A DNA stretch of 63,515 bases, filler included, from Phoronis australis (lineage: Eukaryota; Animalia; Phoronida), in assembly GCA_002633005.1 (NCBI GenBank). It is 7 parts of 7 records of this genome, joined end to end, with 100 filler letters (N's around TTAATTAATTAA, not from the genome) between each part and the next. Parts side by side here need not be neighbours in the genome. Positions count along the whole stretch, not along the records: positions 14,355 to 28,479 come from NMRA01001565.1; positions 28,580 to 54,106 come from NMRA01001345.1; 5 more parts are not named here. The stretch is one strand, 5' to 3'. This document shows, one piece after another, positions 22,840 through 35,100 of the stretch. The position numbers and the translations under genes were made by a program. The notes under the pieces are model-generated. The model searched no databases. It was not told the origin of the DNA and saw only the letters and a list, made by a program, of their open reading frames with translations. Each line of letters opens with the position of its first letter. Position 1 is the stretch's first letter.

Positions 22840-24665
22840 GTTCTCATCTCGGGTCATCTTCTCCCTAGATCTGGTGACATTGAATCCAAACCTGGACCTA
22901 ACAATTTTGATATACTTTTCACAAACATCAACGGTCTCTAGTCTTTGCAAGGTTTGAATTGCTTAAGAACACTTTTGCTGATAGCAAGTACAAAGTTGTT
23001 GCAATATGCGAGTCTGGAAAAATCACTTGCGACGAACTCAAGACTAAATTATCTATTCCCAATTATTCTTTGGCATATCATAGTAACAACGGCCAACATA
23101 GAATATTTGTGAGATATAAGGTGTTGTCTGATAAAATTATGGAAAGTTTCTGCCATTGCTGGATTGAATTACACGTAAATTATAAGAAAAGTTACTACGG
23201 TTTCTTCTATCGTTCCCAGTCTCAGTCTTCTGTCGAGCGCAAGGCATATTTCCACCTGTTATCCTAGCAACTTTCTGAACTTTCGAAATATAACCGAATA
23301 GTCATCGTAAACGGTGACTTCAAGGCTCGAAATAATACCTGGTTTCCTGACGACCACGATAATCAGGCGGGCATTGAACTATTCGACGTACTACTTGCAA
23401 ACGACTTTGTGAAACTGGTCAACGAGCCTACTATAATTTCCGCAATTTTGAAATCTTCCACTGACTTGTGTATTACCAACAACCTCAGTTCTATTTCGTC
23501 CACGTTTGTTCTGCCTCCACCCCCATCGGTCACTCGGATAACCATATCATACATACATATACGTCCCTCATGCTCAGCTCGCAAGTAACCCCCTTTTATA
23601 AAACGAATTTGGAAATGCGACAAAGCAAATCATTTACATAACGACTTAGTTAACCATGATTGGGATGCAATTCTCAGTCGAAACGGTATCGATACGATAG
23701 TATCGAGATTCAATAAAGAACTTACAGACATCCTAGAGAAAAACATCCATATCCAAAGTAGTTACCACCAAAAACAAACCATGGTTTACAGACCGTAGAA
23801 AGCGCCAACTTAAAAAACGCTCAAAGTTATACAGGCGTTAGAAACAACCTGGCAACCCTCTTCATTTCAATCAATACAATGAACAGTCTAAACACGTGGA
23901 AAGTATAATGAAAACTACAAAACGTGATTACAGTATCGGCCTTATTCAAAGCATTAAAATTTTTCTAAGAACCCTAAGTATTGGAAATTGTTCACAAAGT
24001 AAGAGGATATTCAGCCTATAAAAAACTCACATTTCTTCTAAAGACCTTCATAAACAAGCCGAAACAACATCGGAAAAATGCACATTATTTATAGAATATT
24101 TTACAAACAAAGGCCGCATCAATCCGACTAATCAAGACGTATTCCCTCTACTATCAATTAAGTGCAATGAACAACTCACTGATCTACCACTACGGCAGAA
24201 GTTAGAAAATTTCTTGAGGATGTCGACTTTAATAAATCAAACGGATGAGAACTCATAACAAATAAAATGACAAAAATTATAGCTAAAGAATTATCTGTAC
24301 CTCTCACAAAACTATTTAATAAAATTCTGTTGTCAGGCCATTATCCTTCCGATTGGAAATTGAGAGTAATGGTGCCACTTCACAAGAAGGACTGCAAGTC
24401 AAACGTGTCAAATTATTGCCCCATCACACTCAACACCTGCTCTAAAATTCAAGAAAAGATTATATTTCGAAAACTCCTTGGACATTTAAACTCACACCTC
24501 TCTTATACCCACTGCGATTTGGTTTTCTACCAGGAAAAAGCACAATTTCGCAGCTCATTGAAATTACCCATGATATACATTTACAATTTGAAAATAATAA
24601 TGTCAGGTCTGTTTTCCTTGACTTTGCCTCTGCCTTCGACATGGTCCCACATGACCTACCCATTC
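22840..24665 (+). mobile_element. Degenerate CR1/L2-group LINE ORF2 (2A-like peptide, APE endonuclease, N-terminal part of RT)
   Basis: SGDIESKPGP; FTNINGL; AICES; GFFYRS; GDFKAR; NEPT...DLCITN; KELSVPLTKLFN...PSDWK...PLHKK...NYCPITL; GFLPGKST; VFLDFASAFDMVPH. Many stops and frameshifts. Confidence 0.85.
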
Positions 24666-27417
24666 ACAAATGGGCTATTCGACGCGGTGTCGCTGCTGTA
24701 CTAATGGTGATTGCATTGCGCATGCGTCGCTGTCTGCATATAAACAGCTGGGAAAAAGACGTATTATTCTCAAAATATGTCGTCGCTCTAAGCCTTATTA
24801 TTGCTGTTTTGGTCACAAATTCCCAAAATACCTAAGGTTACTACAGGCGTGGAGAATTGCGGTCAAAGGGGTCCACCAAGTGACAAAGAGTGTTTGTGCC
24901 CTATGCATTTCCATTGAGAGACTACATAATCACGTTAGGCTACTTGGTAAGCTTTTAGCAATTCTTTCTATCGACATCGCTCAGTGATGTTATGCCCACC
25001 AGTTACCCCACTGACTAACGGGTTTAATCTGTAGAACTAAGTATTTCTCTTCAGAAACTCACCGATACCCGGATGGTAGGCTTGCAGCACATGTCCACAT
25101 ATTGTTATCGGTGGGAGCCTCCCAATATAAGAGGTGTATGGGACGTACGTGGCGCTCAGAAGTCAGTGGTGACATTTTCACAGCAGTTACTTTCAAAACT
25201 ATACTATGTCCACTAAAATTCTCTACATGCGTGAGTTTCCTTATTTTCTAACGGACCCACCCCCAGGACTACCAGATTAGTTACCGAATTAACATGAATG
25301 AGCTACTCAGTAACTTCGTAATATTGCATTGGAATGAATATTGACACCTAGAATGAATTTTATTTGTTTAGATCAGAAACACATTTTAGGTGTTATGAAA
25401 AATACACATTCTTAAATCACTTTTAGCCTGTTTCACATTTATTAATTAAGATCTTAAATAAGGCTTTGGTACAAAGATCATTAGTTTCTACATACAGTGT
25501 ATAAACATGAAGATGGAAGGTCAAGTTTGTACTGCCTTACAAAAGCAGATTTGTCTTGTGTTTTCTTTTATAATTTGCTAATATTTCTCTGTTACAGGTG
25601 AGAGAAAACGACTGAAACCAGCCGCCTTACAGTCTATTTTACATTTAGACAAAGAGAAAAGCAGTCCTTCATCAATAACCAGAGGGAATTGAGCCTTTCA
25701 ATTCACAAAGTCAGCCCTTAATATCACGGATTATGAACTCCTTTACAAATTATGGTAAAACCAAGAATGAAATCTGGTGGAAATAAAATACTACATCACC
25801 TCGAATTTCACGCAAAAAATGTGTTCCATAACTTCCCCAAATTTCGACCTCAAGAAATGTGGGCTTAATTTGAAGTCTACCGACTCGGCAATTTCATTGA
25901 TTGATTAGAGACATTTCACTCAGCAACATCGCTACCGAGATGGTCCGTAGCTTGTTCCGTGCACGTGACACTGTTGGCCGTTTTTTCCCTTCAGTTTCAC
26001 TTAAATTGAATTTCTCTGGTTCAAACATAGATGGCGCTAATCCATCCGAATGTTTTTTCGTACATTTTCTTAATATCCAATTTCGTCATACATTTCATTG
26101 AACTCTGTCTCTACATTGTCTTCAAATTACCTAGTGCTGTCGCTGCTGCTTTCTCTGTCGTAGTTAGGACGTAGAATGTACTACTAGGATTTTCTGACCC
26201 AGGTGCAAAAAGATTCGCGCCTTTCTTGTTTTTTGTTAGGCTGCGCGTGAGTCTTTTGTTCGTAATACGTTTAACACTGTCTTACCGACATAATCCCATT
26301 CTTGTCACGGGGCGGCTACAGACACATTAGTTCCTCCGCCAAAATGTCTCCGTGGGTATGCCGAATCTCAGATGATTGCATCCTGTCCCACTCTGCTCGC
26401 AGGGATCCCGTACTTTAATTGGTTCACTAGCCCCACTGTCTTTGAGATTAAGCATTTGATGTTTGATTGGGACAAGGCCGCTTCGAAGACGCCACGCTGT
26501 TGTAACACGACCCTGTAGAATATCTATGCAAGTGGAACCGTAGAGATCTGTATCGCTGTACTAAATTAACAATTTTGTTTTCTCTAGAAGGAGTGCAACA
26601 AAACTCCGGAGGCGATGAAAAATCCTGGCAGGCAATTGCATTCTAGGCACTGATGTCTGATTCATACAGAAAATTGAAATGAGTGGACCGGATGCAAAAC
26701 CAAGCATCAGATTTCATCTGCCGAATAGACTAAAACTTCGTTGCCCCAGATTCCTGTTTGAAGAATCAATAGCTGAGCCGCAAATCTAGACATTGTTAAA
26801 ATCTTTGCTTACATCATCTTGAATGTAAAGTAATATCCCCGATGCTCGTAACCACACGTTGNTACAAAAAATTGAAATGAGTGGACCGGATGCAAAACCA
26901 AGCATCAGATTTCATCTTCTGCCGAAAATACTAAAACTTCGTTGCCCCAGATTCCTGTTTGAAGATTCAATAGCAGAGCCGTAAATCTAGACATTGTTAA
27001 AATCTTTCCTTACATCATCTTGAATGTAAAGTAATACCCCCCGATGCTCGTAAACACACTTTGCTTACATCATCTTGAATGCAAAGGAATACCCCCGATG
27101 CTCGTTAACACATGATCGTGTTTCGTCATGTTTTTTCACAAATTCACCGTATTATCTCCAAACAAGAACTTTTTAACACGAAACACGCCATTTCTGCTGG
27201 TTCTTACTACATTCTATTCTTAACGATTTTAGCTGACTTTTCTAATGTGCATAACCACTTCTTCTGTCCGCGAACACATGATGTGATAGTGATGGTTTAA
27301 TGGGCACGTTCTCTTCATACCATGATTGCTATGCTGTGCTAAGATTGGGAAAATTTACACAAGTCAACAAAAGAGACATCGCACGAACAATGTCGTTCAT
27401 ACGAAGCTTCGTAACCA

Positions 27418-27484
27418 TACATCTACATGTACATCTACATGTACATCTACATGTACATCTACATGTACATCTACATGTACATCC
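27418..27484. repeat. (ACATCTACATGT)n minisatellite
   Basis: ~5.5 copies of a 12-mer. Confidence 0.9.
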
Positions 27485-27866
27485 TTCAGTAGACAGATAA
27501 AACGACGACTATAGTGAACCGAATCGAAATGAAACGTCACAAATAAACACCACACATTTCGCTTAATTTCGAATGTTTGTCATCAAATTTCTATAATGTT
27601 TCACAACTAAGTTCTCGTTTCATTTCCAGGTTTGACTTGAGGCAACAACCTCTTGTTTTTTCTGTACATGCTCTTTTTAAATGTACTATTTCCGCTTCAG
27701 TTCACTTCAGAGCTTTATGGCACGGGTTTTTAAGCAAATTATTTCAGTCAAAACTCAAGCCCAGACAAAGTTCATTCAACACAACTCACAATTATTTTTA
27801 ACTTAACGCAATTTAACATGCCATTTTGAATTTAATAATCACTTTTGTGTTGTACCACCACATGAA

Positions 27867-28069
27867 ATACCCGCCGTACTGAGTACGCACTCAACTGCAG
27901 ATACCCGCCGTAGTGAGCACACACTCAACTGCAGATACCCGCCGTAGTGAGTACGCACTCAACTGCAGATACCCGCCGTACTGAGTACGCACTCAACTGC
28001 AGATACCCGCCGTACTGAGTACGCACTCAACTGCAGATACCAGCCGTAGTGAGTACACACTCAACTGCC
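27867..28069. repeat. 34-bp tandem repeat, ~6 copies
   Basis: ATACCCGCCGTACTGAGTACGCACTCAACTGCAG with an internal TGAGT-ACGC-ACTCA palindrome. Confidence 0.9.
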
Positions 28070-28902
28070 GCCGTTTGTAATGAATTATCCGCGGAAACCT
28101 GCATATTTTTTAAAATATACATTAAATTTTGAAAATCAACAGTGGAATAAAGACAAACACAAAATTACTAAAAATCAAGAAATGTTTATATTTTCGTAAT
28201 ATCTTTCGACTGACGAAACTCATGCAAGGGAAAGAGAATCTTTAAATTAATGGCGATTTCAACAGTTAGTACAACAAAGCCATCACTACCTCAGGGGTTA
28301 CCTAAGGGTTCATCCTAAGCATATCCGCGATCTCAGTAAAGCCCAGTGACACTCGCTATTTTAGACTTGCGGCGAAGTCGGAAGTGAGGTGAACTCAGAT
28401 GCCATTGGATAACTAAGCTGACTATTCGGCTGCGCTAGTGTTCGACAGGGACTACATTTAACTACTACAACACAGAATGNNNNNNNNNNNNNNNNNNNNN
28501 NNNNNNNNNNNNNNNNNNNNNNNTTAATTAATTAANNNNNNNNNNNNNNNNNNNNNNNNNNNNNNNNNNNNNNNNNNNNGCTTATATCAGACATTCTTGC
28601 AAAAACCTATCCACTTTTACAAGCATTCTTGTGTAGGGTCAGAAGTAATGCGAACCATGCTTCCCATGACAAGCACTTGATGCACATTTTCGCTATCTGT
28701 TTTCTGAGACAAGTTTGTACCAGCAAGGTGCGTGCATGAGAAGAAGCTAGTTAGATTTGACATGGACAAAAAACACGAGTGTGGGTTTAATGGCAGAATA
28801 AACATGTAGCCAGGATTCCATATGAGCTAATGCGTTATATGTTTAACTAAGTTTTGAGCATCAGAGTGAGATTGCCCTTTTTATCTTTTGGGCGCCCTAT
28901 TG

Positions 28903-29143
28903 GACATGGCTCACTGTCTACAGAGTATGTCTTCCAGGTTGTTCTTCGACCATGTGTTGTTTTTGGACATAGCTCACTGTCTACAATCAGTGTATGATGT
29001 CTTGCAGGTTGTTCTTCGACCATGTGTTGTTTGTTGACATAGCTCACTGTCTACAATCAGAGTAAGATGTCTTCCAGGTTGTTCTTCGACCTTGTGCTGT
29101 TTGTGGACATGGCTCACTGTATGAAATGGGTGTTCTTTTGCAG
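28903..29143 (+). repeat. 66-70-bp tandem repeat duplicating a ZDHHC17 acceptor/exon start
   Basis: CAG|GTTGTTCTTCGACC at 28935, 29005 and 29075 versus the exon's CAG|GTTATTCTTTGACC at 29141. Confidence 0.8.
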
Positions 29144-32100
29144 GTTATTCTTTGACCACTCCTTCACCAACACCGTGCCTCTAGGTATCTACATGGCCAC
29201 CAAATTCTGGATGTACTATACGTGGTTCATCTACTGCTGGCCCTATATCCTTACACAATAGTCTAATTAATGAACAGCATTCAATTGGCTAATGCATTGT
29301 CATTTATTGAAGTGCAGAAGGTTTATAACAAAGGCATGAGGCAAAACATTTAGACTTTTGAATTATTTATTCACTGCTTGAGGATAAGTATGTTGGTTTA
29401 AAAGACGAGTCTTGTAATTTTTGTTTCCAATACTTCATGAAGAAATTTGACAAGCTGTGTAAAAATATGTGGATACTGATGCTTTTAAAACTGCTAGACA
29501 TTTCGAAAACTGGTCAGATGCATGCAACGCAATGCGTTTTCCATCCTCCACAAAGGACAAGATTTCACTTCAGTACAAGGCTGTTTGTGTGACAGCAGTT
29601 TTCACAATATTCTAGACTGAATTTGAAAGGTCCCTACGAGACTCTGGTAAACTTGGACAAAACATCCTGCTTGTATCACGTGGCACTCAAATGATTGTCG
29701 CACTAAAATAGCATTTTTGTCGTATTTAAGGCAATGTTGATAATCATGGTGTTATTGCGCCTAGTCTCTAATTGCTTATTTGTGAATGGACTTGGCAGGC
29801 GACTACACGCAATTTCGATAAATTACATTGAGCAATTCCTGTCGAGATTTTGTTGACATTGGCAACAATTGAAACGGGTCCTAGTCGAAAAGAAACGGAT
29901 ATTTAGCTATGTCTTTTCATTCTATCAGCGCAGTACGTGACTGTGTTCTTCTCTTGATCACCATTGCACAGTTAAATTCGGTGAACTTCGGATATCATGT
30001 CTCTGAAATGAGTGATCAGATTCACATGAAATTTTCAGATGTTCCATTTTTGCATGAGGGTCAATCAAAAATTAGACTTTCAAGGTTTTCGTGAAAAATT
30101 TTAAAGTTCATAAACAGAAAATGAAATGATAGTTTAGAAAACTGTAAAAATGTGGTCACATGACCCAATCAATGGTAGTTTGATAAAAAGTCAGACATCA
30201 AATTCAACAGACTTTCTACTTTTAGAATAAGGTAGAAAATATATCTGAAACTAAATAAGGCGATCCAAATCCTCCCAAGGATACTATTGTTTCATGAAAT
30301 GAAGAATATAAATCGGTAAATAAAACAACGAGAATGGATCAACTGTCATTTTGTGTTTGATTTTACTTTATTTCTGTTTTTGTTGATAAAGGAAGTTATT
30401 ACATCCGAAAATTTCAAATTTCAGTTGATCCATTCTTGTTGTTTTATTTACCGATTTATACTTTTAGAAAGTATAAATATACTTTTACTTGGTTAGAAAT
30501 GAAAAGTTTTGTTTGATAAGTACACAGACTTGACCCACGTAACCTTAACTCTGCGCCACTCGTCAACAATCTACAGACAATGGTTCCCTTCACCCTCGTC
30601 TCAGTCTTACTGACTTATAACTTCTACAAGTGCGTCTACAGTGACCCAGGGGTAGTGCGCAACACAAGAGAGGAACAAGTCAAGGTATTTTTAGTGATGG
30701 AATGTTGTACTGCTTGTTTAGAAAGAGAGACCAGTCTCCCGAGTATTGTTGTTAAAGTTAGATCACTCCGTGTTAAAAATGACAAACAGTATGGTTAACA
30801 TTCCCAACATCCGTAGCTCGCTTGGAATAGCGAATTTTATAAAATGTTAAAGTGATGGACCACTTGCTAAGATCATATAAACTGTTCTGAGATGAATGCT
30901 ATAGAGCATTTGTAACTAACAAAAAGTGCTTCAGCATTGGGAAGTAGGTGTCAAAATGCAGGCTAAACCCCCCCCCCCACTGTAACGCTCAGGAATGGAT
31001 ATTAAAAATAAGGACTAACTAGTGATTTAAATACTGGGATTTTCCGTAGATAAGCCCACCCGATGCAATGCCCATGGTCATTTATTATCAAAATTATGCC
31101 AGATAAAAGGCCATAGGCGTTTATTTGCTGTTACAACTTCTGGTGTCAAGTGTCCAGGCAGTGGGGCGTTTATTTGGAAATTTTTCTCTTAAAAGCCCAC
31201 TCTGCGTCAACTTTTTGTCACAAATTCAGTTTTGTGGAGCGTTTATCATTTATAAAAACAAACAAGGTGTTGGCGAATTGTGCATTTATTAAGTTAAACA
31301 TAAAATTTAAAAACACTGTTTCAAGTAAAAAATGTCAAAGTCAGCAAAACTGAGGTTCCGTTTATACGACCCCTTTTCTGAATAAACGCCGGGCATTTAT
31401 TTGGTGTTGCTAAAATGCCTGAAAATTTTCATTATCCGAGTTCACGCTCATGGGCTTATCCACGCTAATTCCCAATAGCAGTGAAGTGTCTGCTGCCTGA
31501 AGCTGTGGATGTTCTGTTTCTAGGCTATCGTTGAGTTTGCTGAGCTGAAGACGATTGAGCTCACTCAGTTTTGCACCACTTGTGTGGTGAAGAAGCCGAT
31601 CCGTTCCAAGCACTGCTCTATTTGTAACAAGTGCATAGCCAAGTTTGACCACCACTGTCCCTGGGTGGATAACTGTATCGGTAAGTGGCCCTATTGAATA
31701 CGGTAGTCTATTTAGGCTGTTCTTAAGATATTTTTAGCCGTCTCTTATCCTGCGCTCACTCCTTTGAAATTTGTTGTTCCCATCAGCTTCCGAGTAACTG
31801 TTATAGTTCAGCGAAGTAATTGCACGACAGCGCTAATATTATCTGTAGTTGCATGGCCTTGTTTTTGACATTGCATGCCATCAAAAATGGCAAAGACCTC
31901 AACCCTCTCCATAGATGGAAACTAGAACGTCAACTTCTCAAGGCAGCCAAGGGATGCCATGTTGGGACGATGAGGATGTAGTACAAAATGACATTAAAAA
32001 ATTAGACTCTTGAGCAGGCTAACAGCTAATCCAAGCAAAGGCAGTCACGATGTTGGGGAACTCATTTTGTGTACACTACACGACCGTTCAGCAATTTTTT

Positions 32101-35100
32101 TAACGTAAAGAATCCAGCAAGTACGTGGATAAATTGAAACAGAATCATGCTAATAACGGCAAAATAATAATTATTAGAAAAAACATTATCAAATAATAAC
32201 CAGCCATCGCCCACTGTTGGCAAATGCAGGCAGTGCTGATAACTTTAATGGCATTGAAGTTAAGTGTTCCTATTGTAGCAATGAGTCGACGCTTCGCTGC
32301 TAAATTCACCTCCTTCGTAGTTAACTTGCGCTGTTAACTTCGATTCAAAACCAATGTTAAGTGTTCCCATTGACCAAAGCTTTTGCAACACCAGAGCTTT
32401 AGAACCAGTGGGAAAGGCCTTTTAAACATATTATCCTTGTAAAGATTTCCGTCTACGTCCTGTGGTCACTGTAGCCATGATGTAAACTATATTGCTGTGT
32501 GTCCTTTGGCCTAATCAAATCTAGTTGCAACATGCGCCTTGGACTTTACAATCAAATCTAGTTGCAACATGCACCTTGGACTTTACAATCAAGTAAAGTT
32601 CTATTGTTATGTGCCCTTTGGACACTACAGGAATGTAAGAATGTATTGTTGTGTGTCCCCTAGACTCCACAGGTAAGGAAAATTATTTTGTCTTGTGCCT
32701 CTAAGGGCCTTTCATACTAATGTCGACGCCTCAATGCTTTGGGGAGTTGCGGTCAGTATGAACGCTTAACTTCTGTCCTGGATCGATGTTAAAAGCACCA
32801 GTTAACTTCGTACTAAACAGGTGGATTTAACAACAGAGCGTTGCTGCGGTGCAGTATGAACGGTCAACTTCAGTCCCATCAGACTTATTGCCAGGTGTCA
32901 CTGTTATCGTCAACAGTTAAAGGGTAGTGTTGTCGCTAATTGTCAATGAGCACATGTAAATGTTCCCAAATTGTCACTTTAAAAAAATATTGGCATGACG
33001 TGCTACCTTGCGATTACTTCAATGACAACAGCATCGTTCGTAACTATCGAAGCCGATATGAACGGTTTAGTTAACTTGCAGTTTAGATCGATGCACTGCT
33101 TAGACCGGAGTTAAGTCAGTATGAAAAGGCCTATAGACACTAAAGCCAAGTAAAATTATTTTTAGTTGCGTGCTCCTTGGACACTACAGTCGAGTAAAAT
33201 TATTTTGTTGTGTGCCCCTTGGAAACCACAATTGCTTAAAATTCCATTTTGATGTGCCACTTGCACAGAACAGTGAAAAGATTATTGTGTGCCCCTTGGA
33301 CACCATAGTCAAGTAAAACTGTCCCTTGGACACTGCACTCAAGTTAAGTCAATACATAGTTGTGTGCCCCTTGGACATTACGGTAATGTAAAATTGTGTT
33401 GTCCTGTGCCCGTATCACGCCACAGTAATGAAGAACTCTATCGCCATGTGCTCCTTAGACACTTCAATCTAGTATAATTCTATTGTTGTTTACCCCGTGG
33501 ACACTACACTCGTGTAAAATTCTATAATTGCACTGTGTTCCTGAAACACAACAGACATGTATAAGTATACTTCATGTGTCTTGTAAGACTGACTGTGGCA
33601 AACCTTGAGGATCTCTTTTGCTGTTAATCTGTTGTTAGTAAAGTGTCTGTGAACACTGTAGCCATGTTGAATCTATTATGGTTCATCTGTGCCCCCTTGA
33701 ACACCATACCTAGCGATGCCAGTGACTATAAACCCACGTTTTGTCGAAATAACAACCGTTTGATTTACGTCCCTTATTGTTATAGAATTGGTCTCAACTT
33801 GGACCCTGCTAAGATTGGAAGTCATTTTTGGTCTTGCAAAGAACTGTCAGATTGTTATTGCTTTAGACCATCATGCTCGGTGAATATTGTGACATGCCAT
33901 GACTAGTCATCTTGTAGAGCCTGGTCTCAATCAATAACAGTGAACTGTCAGTTCTTTCCAAACCCACACAAATCACATCTAATTTGACTAAGGAACAATT
34001 TGAGACCAATTTGCCCACCAATCAACAGGACTTCGTTGACTCCTAGCCGACCAGTCGGACAAAAATTCATGATGTGTGCTGTACAATAAAGGAAGTAATC
34101 ATCCAAAATACAGTTTTCCTGTCATGACAGCTAATTATCTTAACTACAAAAATGACTGGTAATGATTTTTAACAGGGCGACATTACCGGACTTTTTTATG
34201 TAATTGCAGAATTACAGTTTTTAGCTGACGTAATTCTGCAACTAAGAAAGTAATAATTGACTTCATTAGACAGAGCTGCCCTTTGTCATTCCCACTGCAC
34301 CTCGACACAGTGAGGAAATTACCTGTGTACAGTAGGATTTTCAGTGAGAAATTTCGGATTTCATTGATTCAACATTTTAGCCCTCCTATCCCCACCCATG
34401 CCAATGCAGAGGCCTCTCTTAGTTGTAGAATAAATAGCAAAGTGACTGAGAATAAAATGACTTATGATCTTAGAATGGTCATTTGCTGTTAAAATATAAC
34501 TATTCTTTCTCCAGCACTTCGGTGCAACTGCCTTGAATAAAGTTTATCGCCGGGTTTACTTGGATCTCATAGCAGAAAAGGAGTGGCCGGACAACCACGA
34601 TTTATGACGTTACATTTTACACACATCAGTAAGTGTCATGTAGCGATAGGCATAAGAAACCAGTTCTATAGGAAATGGCTGAGAGGCTGTGTCTTTGGTA
34701 GAGGTAAACCATGTCATTTTCAATGCACCCCAGCACCACTAATATGCAATCTTCAGGGACCCAATTGGCGTTATTTTGTAGGTAAAGACATTAAGTCACA
34801 GTACTTGGATTGCAGACAACTTTAACAGTTACTTTTTAAGTTACTTTAGAAAACACGTTAAAATGCGCCAAAATAGTTGTCCCTTCCTGGTAATGTCTTC
34901 CTGCTTGTACATATAGCGACAAAATTTTAATTACATAGTGGCTTAGACACCTTTCTAACTTTCCTGTTAATTCACTTTCATTCTCAGTTATGAGGGATAA
35001 ACTCGGGGTAGAGTTTCGTAGATGCAAGAATCTTGCTAAGGAGCTAGGGTGATTACCTGCTTCACTTGTGATACATGGCAATGTCATGCGTGTTCTTGCG

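Noticed and set aside
25120-25600. TATA-like motif plus donor (25231) and acceptor (~25598) suggesting a non-coding first exon
   Set aside because: The motifs are short and no associated coding sequence could be identified.
27300-27514. His-rich (HLHV)n and (TSTC)n ORFs
   Set aside because: Translations of a 12-bp minisatellite.
27867-28069. CRISPR-like palindromic 34-bp repeats
   Set aside because: No unique spacers, no cas genes, eukaryotic context.
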